Program-made: the position numbers and the translations under genes
Source of the DNA: Guillardia theta CCMP2712
Lineage: Eukaryota; Protista; Cryptophyta
DNA length: 64,000 nt
NCBI RefSeq assembly: GCF_000315625.1
Contig: NW_005434551.1
Span: 128,228-192,227 of the forward strand
Direction of reading: 5' to 3'
In this document: positions 38,760 to 50,490 of the stretch, piece by piece
Layout: every line of letters starts with the position of its first letter
Position numbering within the stretch: the first letter of the stretch is position 1
The notes under the pieces: generated by a model
Databases searched by the model: none
The model's input: only the letters and a program-made list of their open reading frames with translations
Told to the model about the DNA's origin: nothing

Positions 38760-39265
38760 CTAGCGACTTAAAACTTTGAGTAAAGCTAGCGGCCGTCCGG
38801 CGACCATACGGTCCGATCACCCGGCACTTAAGCCAGTGCGGCCCGGGCCCCGGGGCGCCCGGGGGCTGCTAGCCTCAGGGCAACAGCGGTCGGTAACCAT
38901 TATGCCATTCCAGGCCCGGGCCTGCCCAGTTCCGGGGCCCGGGCCGTCAACGGTAACTTTGAGCAAAGAACTTCGAACGGTCACCGTCACCGTGCCGTGC
39001 GTGACCGTCACGGCGGTGGCACCCGGAGTTAAAATCAGTACGAGGACAATCAGGAGAGGCGAGGAGGCTTGACCCTGACCCAACTGTCGCACAGGCCAAA
39101 CGGCGAGAAGAGAAAAGACAGCGAGAACCAAACCCAATCCTGCCGACTGCTGTCCCCCAAACTTAACTGATACCTTCACTTAACGGAGTCAGTGAGGCCC
39201 GCGGCCGCGGCTCTGAAAGCGGTGACCCCGCGCCGGGCAGCCTGCTGATGCCGGCCACAGCATTC
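38760..39265. other. GC-rich palindromic-word island containing a MITE-like repeat copy
   Basis: Word texture as at other islands; contains copy A of the dispersed repeat. Confidence 0.7.
39028..39184 (+). mobile_element. Dispersed MITE-like repeat, copy A (least interrupted)
   Basis: GTTAAAATCAGTACGAGGACAATCAGGAGAGGCGAGGAGGCTTGACCCTGAC...CGGCGAGAAGAG matches the reverse complement of 57692-57790. The right end ACTGATACCTTCACTTAAC is an imperfect inverted repeat of the left end GTTAAGTTAAAAATCAGT seen in other copies. Confidence 0.7.
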
Positions 39266-39469
39266 CGTTGTACTACGGCGTTCGAAGAAACTATTTGCTA
39301 TTTACTATTTCGATCAAGTTCTTACAAAACCCTTTGTTGCCAACAATCTTCAAGACTCCGCGCCAAACACGATGCAGCAACATCCAAGGAGCTGCAAAAG
39401 TTCAAAATCTGACATACAAGGAGTTACAAGATGTTCAAAAGGCGATATGATGATATAGTACAATGCAAA

Positions 39470-41342
39470 GAGAGTTCTCATCCAAAATTCGTAGACGGGA
39501 TTGTTGTCCCAGGCGAGGATGTTGAGCCATGAAAATTGCGACCACTCGTTCCTGAATTTGTAGCGAGTTCAAGTAGAACCAAAACTCTCATGATAAGCCA
39601 ACCTGAAGGTACCATGCAGACCAATCCAGATAGCGAATGGGAGGATTTCGATCTTGTCGAGAATCGGATGGGGAAATAGTCCGAAGAAGGCAGACGATTC
39701 CATGCTTTTTAGCTTCTTGTCTAGAGAAGTGACGATCAAATCATGGGGAAAAACAAAACATTCACTATCACTCACGCCACGACAGTCCTTGACTGAAAGT
39801 CATGCGACAGATTTGATAGCCCCGCGAGTGCCAGTTCTACCTCTTCATGCTTCACAGTTCCATTCAATGATTCTGTATCAAAACCAATTGTGTTTTCGGA
39901 TGCCGAAGTGTGGTTCTCTGCGATTACCAAAAAAAATCTTTTTCATGAATGACAAGGATTTTGCATATAACTTACCTGTATCCTTCGAACAATTCTCGTG
40001 TGATTTCAGTGCAGCTCTCTCCAAATGGTTTACTTCGTACTTCCTCTCAGCTTGTGAAATCCATTTGGAGAATATCCTTGCATATAACTGGATAACTTGA
40101 GCATCGATCAAGCATCGGCGATTGTCGCGACAAACGGAAATATTTGCAAGAGCTTTCAGGCCTTATCATCGCTGGTATCAGATATGAGGAATCAACAAAA
40201 TCTGACTTACAATCTATTGGTAGGAAAACGATCGAGGGGGTCCCCCATGCCTGTAACCCAGAAGTCATACATATTGCACAGTGTGTTTAGGCTTCTTCGT
40301 CACCTCGCCATTCAGAGAGTGGCGCAAAGCATCTGTCGCATCAACAAGCACATCTTTACCCCTGTCGAATCGTCAGCATTTTATCACATGTGTGAGGAAT
40401 AGGCGATCACATGTGCATTGATGGAAGCTCCCGATGATCAACCAACCGAGCTAGAGCCATCATCGCTGCAAGGCGTGTAGTCTGGCTATAAAGTACAGAA
40501 GAGTCCTGCGCCGTCATTGCTTCTTTCAACGCGTCTACTGCTCTTGCTTGTCGCAGCATCGGAACCTGAGAATGCAATATGTGAAAACCTTGGATTGAAC
40601 AGTCGTAAGCATGCAATGGCATCATCACCACATGTTCCTGATGACAAAACGCTTCTATTACAGAGACGCCAAGGTAGTTGCTCCAGTTGTCTTTGGATAT
40701 ACAGAGTCCTTTGAGTATAGCGAGAACATTGTCCAGTCCGAGTACAAGTTGGGCAGCTTCCTTGTTGTAATAGACGATGTTGCACAAGACACCACTTGCA
40801 CCGTCTCTCGACTCATCGGATCCAATGTTTAGACCCTCGAGCAACGTTTGTATCATGCCTGGGGTCTCTGCAATTCGAAGACAATTTTCGGCATTGTCGA
40901 ACGAAATTGACATAAGCGCATTGAGGGCTGCATTCTTGGTATGAATCGATCCCTTGTCCAATGCAACAACAAATGCTTGAAAAAGACCAGGGAAATTTCC
41001 TATCATTGCACGGTTCTGAACATGTGCCGCGCAAGGATTATCAAAGGGCCGTTCCGGTTGCGACATCGATAACATGAAGAGAAGATTGCACGCAGCTTGC
41101 CTACCGTCATCGTCGTCCGACAAGATGAGTCTGTTTATACCTCTAAGAGTCTTCTCTTGTTTACAAATGCTACTTAGCAGGGAGATGTCTGGAATGGGTT
41201 CGCGAGCAATGAGCTGGGAGACTTCTTCTATTGCCTCCAACTGCTCGTCAGCTATTTCAGAATCGATGAGAGCTGCGAGCTCTGCAATTTCCTGATTGGA
41301 CGACTGCGAATTTTCATCCAAATGGTCTGCCTGAGAGGGCAT
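39470..41342 (-). CDS. Armadillo/HEAT-repeat protein, multi-exon
   Basis: ORF 40407-41342 with ARM-like helices (GRQAACNLLFMLS; TKNAALNALMSIS..NCLRIAETPGMIQTLLEGL..SRDGASGVLCNI); further minus-strand exons to ~39500. End approximate. Confidence 0.7.
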
Positions 41343-42719
41343 CGAGAATCAGAGGACGAGCTTTGAACAACAGCAGGTATCGCAGGGTCTGTGTGTGTTC
41401 GACGTGTTCACTGGTGAAAGACAAGATCTCCTGCGTTCGACGTGTTCGACTTGTTCGACTTGTTGACAGCGGCGGTGAGTGGATGGATGGGATTGGTTGG
41501 AGGAGTGAAAAATGCAGAAGAAATGCAGAGGATGACCTAGGTGAAGAACACAAGACCGACGGTTTGGAAGGACAAAGAAAGGGGGGCGGGTTTTGGTTGA
41601 TGTTTCGGTAGAGGGAAGGAGAAGGGGTACTGTCGGGGGCCAATGAAACTGCAGGAACGGGTGGGGTGTACAGTACTGTAGAGTATAGGTGGTACAACGA
41701 AGATCCAACAGTTTTTAGTCAAAAAGAGGGAGGGGTACTCGGGAAGCCCATATCAGTACTGTATAAGCTGTTCCTACCCCTTCCCCGCACAGTACGACAG
41801 AATCTCACGAGCTCACTACCTTTTAAAGGGTGCATGGAAGGACCCACATTTCACGTGCTTACTTCACCCCACCCCCGTCGGTCGCCCGCAAATTCCGAGG
41901 AGGGTGGGGGTAAAGGAGGATCGTAGGTCTTATCCCTGTTCGCTTTGTGTCAGGAATGAGGCGTTACCTCGGATCTAGCCAACAGATCGCTCTTGAACCT
42001 GCACCTTTCTAGGCTCCGATACCTGCCAAGAGCCTACACTGCCCATGGCAAATGGAAGGAACAGACTTGTCTCATGTTTGTGGGTGAGGTTGGGCTTTAT
42101 TCCGGTGACTTGAAAGAAGGAAGCGAGGATTTAACGAAGGAAGGAAAGCAAGCTTCGAGACAGAGAGAAGCTTGCTTCGATTCAAGAGAAAGAGTCATTT
42201 CACGCACCGTACAACGAGCTTCTGATTTTGATATCGATTTCTTTTTTAAGATGAGATTTACGGTGAAGACACGACATCCCCTGGAAGCAGAACATAGTTG
42301 AGAGGACTTATCGCTTGAGTAAAGGGCCCATTCAAGATGTGCCTAGGCCAGCACCCAGTGTAGAATGCACTCCTCTAGATTCTCATTTCTTCAAACCCCG
42401 GCTGTGCTCAGTCTGATAGGTTGGACTAGATACTAGATCGTGTCTTCACTGTGACTATCCTCTCAAAAAGTCACTCAGACTCAGAGGACGATGTCACTTG
42501 AAGCTGCAGGCACAAAAGAATCAGTGTGCAACATATCCACAGCTTGTTTGCATCTGGCAGCGAAGGGAGGCTCATCATCACATATTTGAGGCATTGAATA
42601 CGCGTTTGGAAATGAAGATGCAACAGTTGCCTGTTACCATGGTGGGATAATGGCACCCCAAAGCAGTCTTTCACTCTATCTCACTCTCTGCTTGGCAAAG
42701 CTGCTGCAATGCTTCCGAA

Positions 42720-44170
42720 TGAGATTCACGCCGGGCCGGGCCGCTTCACTCAGGACTGGGAGTTTCAACTTCGGAACGCAGCGGTGCAGTCAGCCTACCG
42801 CTGCACCGGCGGTGCAGCCGCTGAGCCGCTCAGTCAGCGCCGCTCGGACTCTATGCAAGGCTCGGATACTCACGGTGACTGCTCAAGTGCACCGCTCTCA
42901 GAGTCCCAGGCCGTTGAAGCCTTGCCGTCATCCGGTGTCAGGGAGTAGACTCTGCAGAATCACGAGTCATGATGATCTCAGCCTAGGCTGAGTGAAGCAG
43001 AGACTCGGCGAGTAGAAATATCACAGCGCTTTAGATAGCACGCACGGGAGCTGAAGAATGACCAAGTGGAAAGCTTAGAAGTGAGATTAAACTTCATGTT
43101 CACTTGAAGAACCGTTGCTACAAACACGGCACACAGGTCACTGAGAACTTCCGAACTCTTCCCTGTAGTTGTCTCGACCCCGGCCCCGCCGGGTTCTTGA
43201 CAGCGCATGCCGCAGTGTTCTCCGGGCCCCGGCACCAAAAGGATATTCGTGTTATAATCCGTTCCCGGGAAGTTCAAGCATAACAAGCCTCCTCGACTCT
43301 CGGAGGCTGATTGTCCTCGTACAGGCTGATTTTTAACTCACGCGGCTTCAAGTTTGATTAAAGATCGGACTGCTCAGGACGGTCGACTCTTTCAACCGAC
43401 ATCCCGCCGGCGCTGTTAGTACAGGCACCGGGCCGTTAGTACAGGCACCGGCGGGCCGTTCAAGGTTAGTACAGGCACCGGACCGTTCCGTGACGGTCAC
43501 GGTCGCCGGGACCGTGCGCCGCGGGTGGCCGCACGTGACAGTCACGTCACAGAGTCACAATGATGCGCCGGGCCCGGCCACTCGGAGACACATTGAACCC
43601 GGCGTTGAACACTCAGTGACCCGGCCCGCGCGGCGTGCACTGAGCCGGGCTGCGCTGACGGCCGGGACGGTGCCCGGCAGCCGCCGCGGCCGCCGGGCCG
43701 CCGGGCTTAGCCTGGCCCGGCCCCGGACCCCGGTAACGGCGCTTCAAGTCAGTGAACGCCGCCGGGTCAGTGACCCTTCAAGGCTTGAACGGGCCGGGCC
43801 GCCTCCGGCGGCGAGCCTCTGTTCACTGATCGGATCGATGATTCACGGTCCGAGTCACGTACCGCCGGGCCCAGGGTCACTCAGCGGCCAGGGGCCAGGC
43901 TCCGGCGTAGCGGCCTACAGCGGCCGGGCCACTGCCACAGCGGCCCGGTGCGGCGGTCACCGGGCACTCTCGGCCCACTTTTTCCCGTCGGATCGTTCGG
44001 GTGCCGGTGCCACGGTCCCCGACGGATCATCTCAGTCCCGGCCGCCGGATCCTGGCCTCGCCGCGGCCGGGCCGGGACGACCGTCATGATCCGAGCAGCG
44101 GCCCCGGCCCGGAGTGCCCCATGTGGGCGGCCGGCGGTCGGGCGGCAGCGCGGGCGCTGCCGGGCTTCGC
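42720..44170. other. Long GC-rich palindromic-word island (MITE copy B at 43284-43338; 17-bp triple repeat at 43415-43481)
   Basis: Dense ccgg/ggcc/tcag/gtcac words upstream of the CBM20 gene. Confidence 0.75.
43284..43338 (-). mobile_element. Dispersed MITE-like repeat, partial copy B
   Basis: CAAGCCTCCTCGACTCTC[GGAGG]CTGATTGTCCTCGTAC[AGGC]TGATTTTTAACT aligns with 57730-57775 apart from two short insertions and one substitution. Confidence 0.75.
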
Positions 44171-44181
44171 TTTTACTGCCA

Positions 44182-45850
44182 ATGATGTCCGCAATACAAT
44201 GGTTGGGTCGGCGAGGAGGACAAGGACGGAGAGTAGCACAATGCTCAGGGGCTCCTGTTCACATCGGCTATGCTTCTTGGCTACAGACCTTCGTCTCTAT
44301 CGCTTTGTTGCCCGTCATACTGTCTACTTCTCTTAAATCTATGGTGGAGAAGAGGAATATCTACAGGGACACTATGCAACGTCCAGGTCTTCTGCGACTG
44401 AGAGGAGGGCAAGATCGATCATCCCTGTTTGAGCCACACTTCATGCTTCGAGTTAAATGTGCAAACAGCAAATGGGGCGAGACAGGTTAGATATGTAGAC
44501 CAAACCTAAGATCAAGTTGACAATGTGCAGTGGGTGTTGTTGGAAATAGTGCCAGTCTAGGGACATGGAGCTCCCCCATGGCGATGCGATGTGATGGCTC
44601 GGTAAGTTCGACACCTTTGCGCCACATGACTGAACCTATCGTGTCCTCAAGTGGCCCCAATGGAGAGTGGAGCTGCCCTGCCATCAAGGAGTGGACGTGA
44701 TGGAGTATAAGTTCGTCAAAATGAATGATCATGGCCAAATCATTGAATGGGAGCCTGTGGAAAGCAATAGGTACTTTAGCAATGCTTCTTCAAATGAGAG
44801 TGAATTCGTTATTTTCTAGGCAACTTCTTCTCTTGAGCAATCTTGAGGGCAAGAGCGTAGACGATGGAGAGTATGGAAGAGTCTCTCGGATGGAAGTATG
44901 CACTTCGTGTCAATTGTTGCATGAATCAGGTTTACAGCTTAATTATCCCTTTCAGGCAATAATACAGGAACAAGTACGAGCGAAGGAGGCTGTTTACGCG
45001 GTCGATGAAGGTCTTTCTAATGAGCCAGTAGCTCCCTTACTTCTTTGCTGTCAGAAACGCAACCGCATGCCAATGACAAAGATGAAATTTTTTTGAAGAG
45101 AGCAAAGAAGAACAATGACAACCTCAAGGAGCAGGATGAGGAGGAGGCAGCCAGGAAGAAGGCGAAGGAGGAGGAGGAGGAGGCAGCCAGGAAGAAGGCG
45201 AAGGAGGAGGAGGAGGCAGCTAGGAAGAAGGCGAAGGAGGAGGAGGAGGAGGCAGCCAGGAAGAAGGCGAAGGAGGAGGAGGAGGAGGCAGCCAGAAAGA
45301 AGGCGAAGGAGGAGGAGGAGGAGGCAGCCAGGAAGAAGGCGAAGGAGGAGGAGGAGGCAGCCAGGAAGAAGGCGAAGGAGGAGGAGGAGGCAGCCAGGAA
45401 GAAGGCGAAGGAGGAGGAGGAGGAGGCAGCCAGGAAGAAGGCGAAGGAGGAGGAGGAGGCAGCCAGGAAGAAGGCGAAGGAGGAGGAGGAGGCAGCCAGG
45501 AAGAAGGCGAAGGAGGTTTCAGTAGGGGAAGTGTCGTCTGGAGCATCTTTGGATGAATCAGCTAGAATGTATAGTTCAAAGCAAGAGATGTCCTTGGTAA
45601 CTTCCTTGTCGATGTGTATTCAATTTGCTTCTGATTATTTTGGCTTAGTTTCATGATGAAAGGTTGAAGGAGGAGGTGGTAAGATTACTTGCTTCCTGCA
45701 TGCCATGTGAATTAATTTTGCCCCTCTTCCGATTGGCAAGGAAAACTCCCATGCGGTTAGAGCTTTTGATTCATCGATTAGAATGACCGTCTTAAGACGT
45801 ATTCTAGGATGAAGTCAGGGTGGCCGAGTTACAGAGACAAAAGATTGAGG
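44182..45850 (+). CDS. CBM20 (starch-binding) domain protein with N-terminal hydrophobic segment, LRLRGG motif and C-terminal EK-rich repeat, multi-exon
   Basis: ...LLRLRGGQ..FMLRVKCANSKWGET / VGVVGNSASLGTWS..AMRCDG / WPQWRVELP / EYKFVK matches the CBM20 pattern; downstream (AARKKAKEEEE) repeats. 3' end approximate. Confidence 0.7.
45135..45515 (+). repeat. Coding minisatellite, 11 units of 33-36 bp (AARKKAKEEEE[E])
   Basis: GCAGCCAGGAAGAAGGCGAAG(GAG)4-5 tandem units. Confidence 0.95.
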
Positions 45851-46588
45851 GCAGGATGAAGAAGGCACAACCCATGGTATCCCATTGCGACCCCTATCTC
45901 TGCTTGTGCTCCCTCACTTCACTCTCAAATTCATTTGTGTTTCTTTCATTTCTCATTTTTTTTTCAAGAACAAGAGAGGCTCGGATTTGCCATCGCTGAA
46001 GGTTATTATCATTGGTCTTCCTCTTGATTGCAATCATTGTGATCGTCCAATCGATAGAATCGCATCCCGCGTGTTGTGGACGAGGTATAAGGCGATCAGT
46101 TTGTTTCCCCGAACTTGGCGAAAAGACTTGACCTTACGGACAGGTGAGAACTGAGAGCCCAGGGCGCAGAGTAGCAAGCATTTCTCCCGTCAAGGCTGCT
46201 GGTATCAGCACGGTCCGAACAGGTGAGTGACCACCTCGGGATCATCTGCACCTCACGACATTCGAAGAACAATCGCACGCCATCTCAGACGTGGCTCAAA
46301 TCGATTCAACTGCAACAAAGAAGACAGTTAGAAGAAGGAGCGGGAATGCCTCGAAATCTCAGCATAGATCGTGAGGCTGTCAATTCCCTCAGAAAGCAGA
46401 CAAACCGAATTGTGAATTGCTCGATCTGTCGCAGTCAGGCCAAGAGGGAGAGTTCATACCACTGCTTTCTACAAGTAATGTTATAGTGATGAAAGTCTAC
46501 AGCATGCCGACATTTTACTTTCACTGTATTGATAGTATCACTCCGATCTCCTTATATCATGAGGTGTATTTGAACAGATACATCCTTG

Positions 46589-49092
46589 CTAGTCGAGAGC
46601 CAGTACTACAAGAAGATCCCCTGGTTGCCACTTCCTTGGCACACCCTTATCACTTGGGTTCAATACTGTCTTGCATTCAGGAAATGTCTCATTGACAGAC
46701 TTGAATCCAAGCAAAACTTCTCTGCGTTCTCTCACTCTCACAGATAAATCCCAGAACGAGAATTTATCCGACCTCTTGATATCGACGTAGTCTTCGACTT
46801 GGCGCAAGTATAATTCAGTTCCGTCTGCTGAAAGCAGCTCCGATAGGATCATGTTCAAGTCACGGCATTCAGCAACTTGTGCAATAACAGCACTTACGAT
46901 TTGATTGGACATCACGTAACCCTTGCAATTCACAACACTTAATAAACTTCGAGTTCGACTGTCAAGAATTTCACTAATCGGATCCTTTGCCCGGAGTGAG
47001 TTGGCCTCATCAATTTTTCCTTCAGCGATTAGCTCTTGCTTGCGTTTCTCCAGTAATTTTGACTGAATGTCTTGAATAATCAACAAACTGGCCAATGATC
47101 TACTGTCTGACGTCTGAATATTTGTTTGATCGGCATGATCAGCCAAAATCAACAGAGAATCAAATTGGTCTACAGTGATTTCATCCCCCGAATAAAAAGA
47201 GTTACCATCCCTATCCACACGGACTTCTTTGATAACCATCAGATCACGTCTGATAATAGGATTTCCGACTGCATTCTTGATCACAAGATTCTTACATTTG
47301 AGCTCATCCTTGTTTCCCTTATCTTTCAAAAGCTCTACTCGCTCCTCGACTGGAACCGTATTGAACAGCCATAACTCACTGCCAGAAGTGACATATGCAT
47401 CCAGTTGCATGATCATATCTGCCATGTCACGGCGCCATCCACAGAAAAGCATTTTTTCCGTTTTCATCGGCAGCCTCTGCGGTACAGAGGAAACGTTCTT
47501 TTTCACTTTGTATGTACCATCATTCACGGTGTACGAATCGTTATCCTCCGCGAGAACTATGATCTGATCACCTTGTTCAATTCGCAAAGTGCTCAGAGGA
47601 TTCAAGAGAACTCTTCCATCAACGCTCTTTTTTACCCCAATCGGAATTGCGTCATCAAATCTGCAGATTATGTCGCTGAATTGAAGCCCCTCAAGCTGTG
47701 GCCAATTTTCCAAATAAAACTCTGCACCTTCAAATCCCATCAAGCTTTCCAAGATGTATGCAAGCCCTGGCTGACGCGCGCATTGTATCATCAACCTTCC
47801 AATAATGTCGTGTGCAACGATGACTTCCGCAATGTCCACGGCGACAAGATTGACCAATTCTCGGTTATCTACGTCTTGCATCTCCACAACAACATGGCCT
47901 GCAAGGTTTTCCATTCCTTTTAGCGACAGAACCTGCCTGACCATTCTCGAATCAGACTCATCTGGAGAAATATTGTCCGAAGCAAGCATAATGATACTCC
48001 TTGCAGAAAGCACACCAACTTTCAACAGGTCGTATTGTACCAAAGGGTTCCCACTGCGGAAAATCACTTCTGTACCCATCAGATTCAACGCATTTTCACG
48101 ACTTTCGATAGCAGATTCCAATGTATCTTCCAAATCATTTTTGTCGTGCTCTGCGAGAACTACAATAACTCCACCTCCTTCACTCTCATTCGCAAATGCA
48201 ATCTGCTGGATAATTGGAAGGCTTTTATCGTTCCATCCCAGCATCAAGGTATGTCCACATTCTATCACTCTACTCTTGCCTTTCTTCAGATTATCGACTT
48301 GCTCTCCAATAGATTCTGAGATGATTCCGATCATCAACGCGAAAACCAACATCCCGCCAATCGTGACACAGAAGGCAATAATTCTCTCAAGAGTTCCTTC
48401 AGTGTCTGCGTGGGTACCTGGGTCAGCAACATATGTCCACGACTTCCAAAGAGTAACAGATATGTCCTCTCCAGTCGATATGAGTAAAATGAATCCACCG
48501 AGTACAATCAGGACAAACGTAACCATTAGTAGCAATACTGGCTTTGCGAATTCACTATTTGTGAAGTGATAATCTAGCCGATATTGCAATAATTCGCTGA
48601 GCGTGAATTGCATGGAAGTTACCTTTTTTTTGCGGATAAATGTGCAGTATTCGTTGTAGAGGAACCTCGAAATGTAGCCGCAACCAGAAAATATAAGCAA
48701 CATTGTAAGGTACGGGGGTCCAGCCTCCATCTCCTTTGGCTGGTTTTCACAATTCCTCTCTGGAAGCAATCTATCGTTGTGTTTTGATGATTTGTCTTCG
48801 ACCAGTCTTTCGTTCTCTAATTCAAGCTTGGCAAGTCGATCATTTAGCAACGCATTTGAATAATATGCTCCTACGACAACAGCTGTGTACGCAACTATCA
48901 AACAAGAAAGTACAAAGAAAACTCTTGGTTTCTCAAACATGAGTCCTCCAATCTGTAATTTGGAGAAAAACGAAAGGAAACTCGTCACAGGTCGCAGAAG
49001 TGAAACTACACTCATACCTCTGATTGAAGCGATTGTTTCTTAGGGTCATTCTTTTCTGATTTGCAGTCGGCATCAACTTGAAAAGAAGCCAT
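46589..49092 (-). CDS. CASTOR/POLLUX/DMI1-like cation channel (pore + two RCK domains)
   Basis: WKSWTYVADPGTHAD pore; IGGMLVFALMIGIISESIGEQVDNLKKGKSRVIE.GHTLMLGW; ESEGGGVIVVLAE; VIFRSGNPL; VAHDIIGRLMIQCARQPGLA; FEGAEFY; SDSRSLASLLIIQDIQ; ISEILDSRT. Exon 1 from ATG 49092 joins in phase 0 via a GT-AG intron 49017-48953. Confidence 0.92.
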
Positions 49093-49719
49093 CACCCTTC
49101 GCCCCCTGTACGAGGATGCTAGCAGCGAGACAGGAGAGGAAACCTGAGGCAAATGACAATCAGGACGAGCTATGGAATAAGAGGATGATTGTCCGAGTTG
49201 GATGGAAATCAACCAGACATTTTGGATTTGAGTGAGAAAATCTTGAAACAAATCAACATTGTCATGTAATGCTCAACGACATAAAACAGGCATGTAGCTG
49301 ATGACTGTGTGAACTCACTTGTGTGTTGCTACTGCGATCTTTTTCTTGCTTTTTTTTCTTGCTTTTTTTTCTTCTTCTTTCCCCCTCACGCTAATAACAA
49401 TCACGCGTTTCTAACACGATGTTCTCGGGGTGGGGTGTATACCCCACCCCTGCCAATCAGAGTACCCCCTAAAATTAAAGAAAACCGATCAGAGGCCACA
49501 GGTAGAGCTTGGAGGGTGGGTGTCCTGACATGTTTGAGTGGGCAGGGTAGGGTCAGCAGGGACGTGTTTCATCAAAGTGGGTGGGTACTAGAAGCCCGCG
49601 GCACTCCGCTGGTGAGCTGTCACCCCCTCCTACCCCACCCGTCCGCAAGGCTACAAGAAAGGAGTACAAGACTGTGTGGGTACCCCTCCACCACCCTTTA
49701 AGTTAAACACCGTACTGTA

Positions 49720-50490
49720 CTTCACTCAAAGTTAAGTTAAAAATCAGTACGTGAAGGAGAGGCTGACTCGGAGACTCGAGCCTGAGGCTCCCGAGCCGGG
49801 CCCCGGCGAGCGGCCTGACCCTGCAGAGGCTGCCCGTCACACTCAGACTGCTCTTTACTCAAAGCTCGGTGGGCTACCGAGCTTTGAGTAAAGCCTAGTA
49901 ACTGATACCTTCACTGCCCGGCAGGCTTACCAAGTTCGCCGGCTTGACCCTGACCGGGCCGGCGTACGGTACCGTCAGTTGATCGCCGAGCGGCGGCAAG
50001 TGACTGAAAAGATCTGATGATCGGACAGTGAGAACTCGGAACCGTAACCCGGCCGCAGGCTTATCCCGGCTGCCGACTGCTCAGTGTCCCCCCCCAAACT
50101 TAACTGATCATGGCGCCCGGCCCGGGCCAGATACCTTCACCGTCAGCCCCGTGTACGGTACATGATCACCGGGCCGGGCCTCCCCCCTCCCGGGCCCCGA
50201 GTGGGCCAGCCCGGCCGCGGTCACGGTTGAACCTTTGTTCAAAACTCACTGAGTTGACTGACTCAGCGCACGTACGGTCTAACTTGCGGCCCTTTACTCA
50301 CTCAGCGGCCGCTGGAAAAAAAAAAACAGTGACGTCGGAGAGTAGAGGAGGCTTGACCCTGTGCGACATACGGCGAGAAGAGCCTCGGAGAAAAGACAAC
50401 CCGGCAGAACCAACCCTCATCCTACTATCCGATTCCCGATCGGACACACTACTGCTGTGACCGTACGGTAACCTTGAGTCAAACTTGGGA
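49720..50490 (+). mobile_element. Two heavily interrupted copies (C 49720-50140, D 50292-50490) of the MITE-like repeat within a GC island extending to ~50900
   Basis: Collinear blocks of copy A (AAAATCAGTACG, GGCTTGACCCTGACC, GAAAAGA, TGCCGACTGCT, CCCCAAACTTAACTGAT, ATACCTTCAC) are separated by inserted GC-rich words. Confidence 0.7.
49853..49893. repeat. Perfect 18-bp inverted repeat with 5-nt spacer
   Basis: CTTTACTCAAAGCTCGGT-GGGCT-ACCGAGCTTTGAGTAAAG. Confidence 0.95.

Noticed and set aside
43415-43481. Mini-CRISPR (3 x 17-bp direct repeats)
   Set aside because: Spacers of only 3 and 13 bp; too short and irregular.
43490-44180. Pro/Gly/Arg/Ala-rich ORFs in GC islands (also 1062-1328, 12350-12804, 38776-39179, 50110-50982)
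   Set aside because: Stop-poor because of GC content, open on both strands, and without domain signatures.
47805-48569. 254-aa plus-strand ORF
   Set aside because: Antisense to the well-supported CASTOR/POLLUX CDS.
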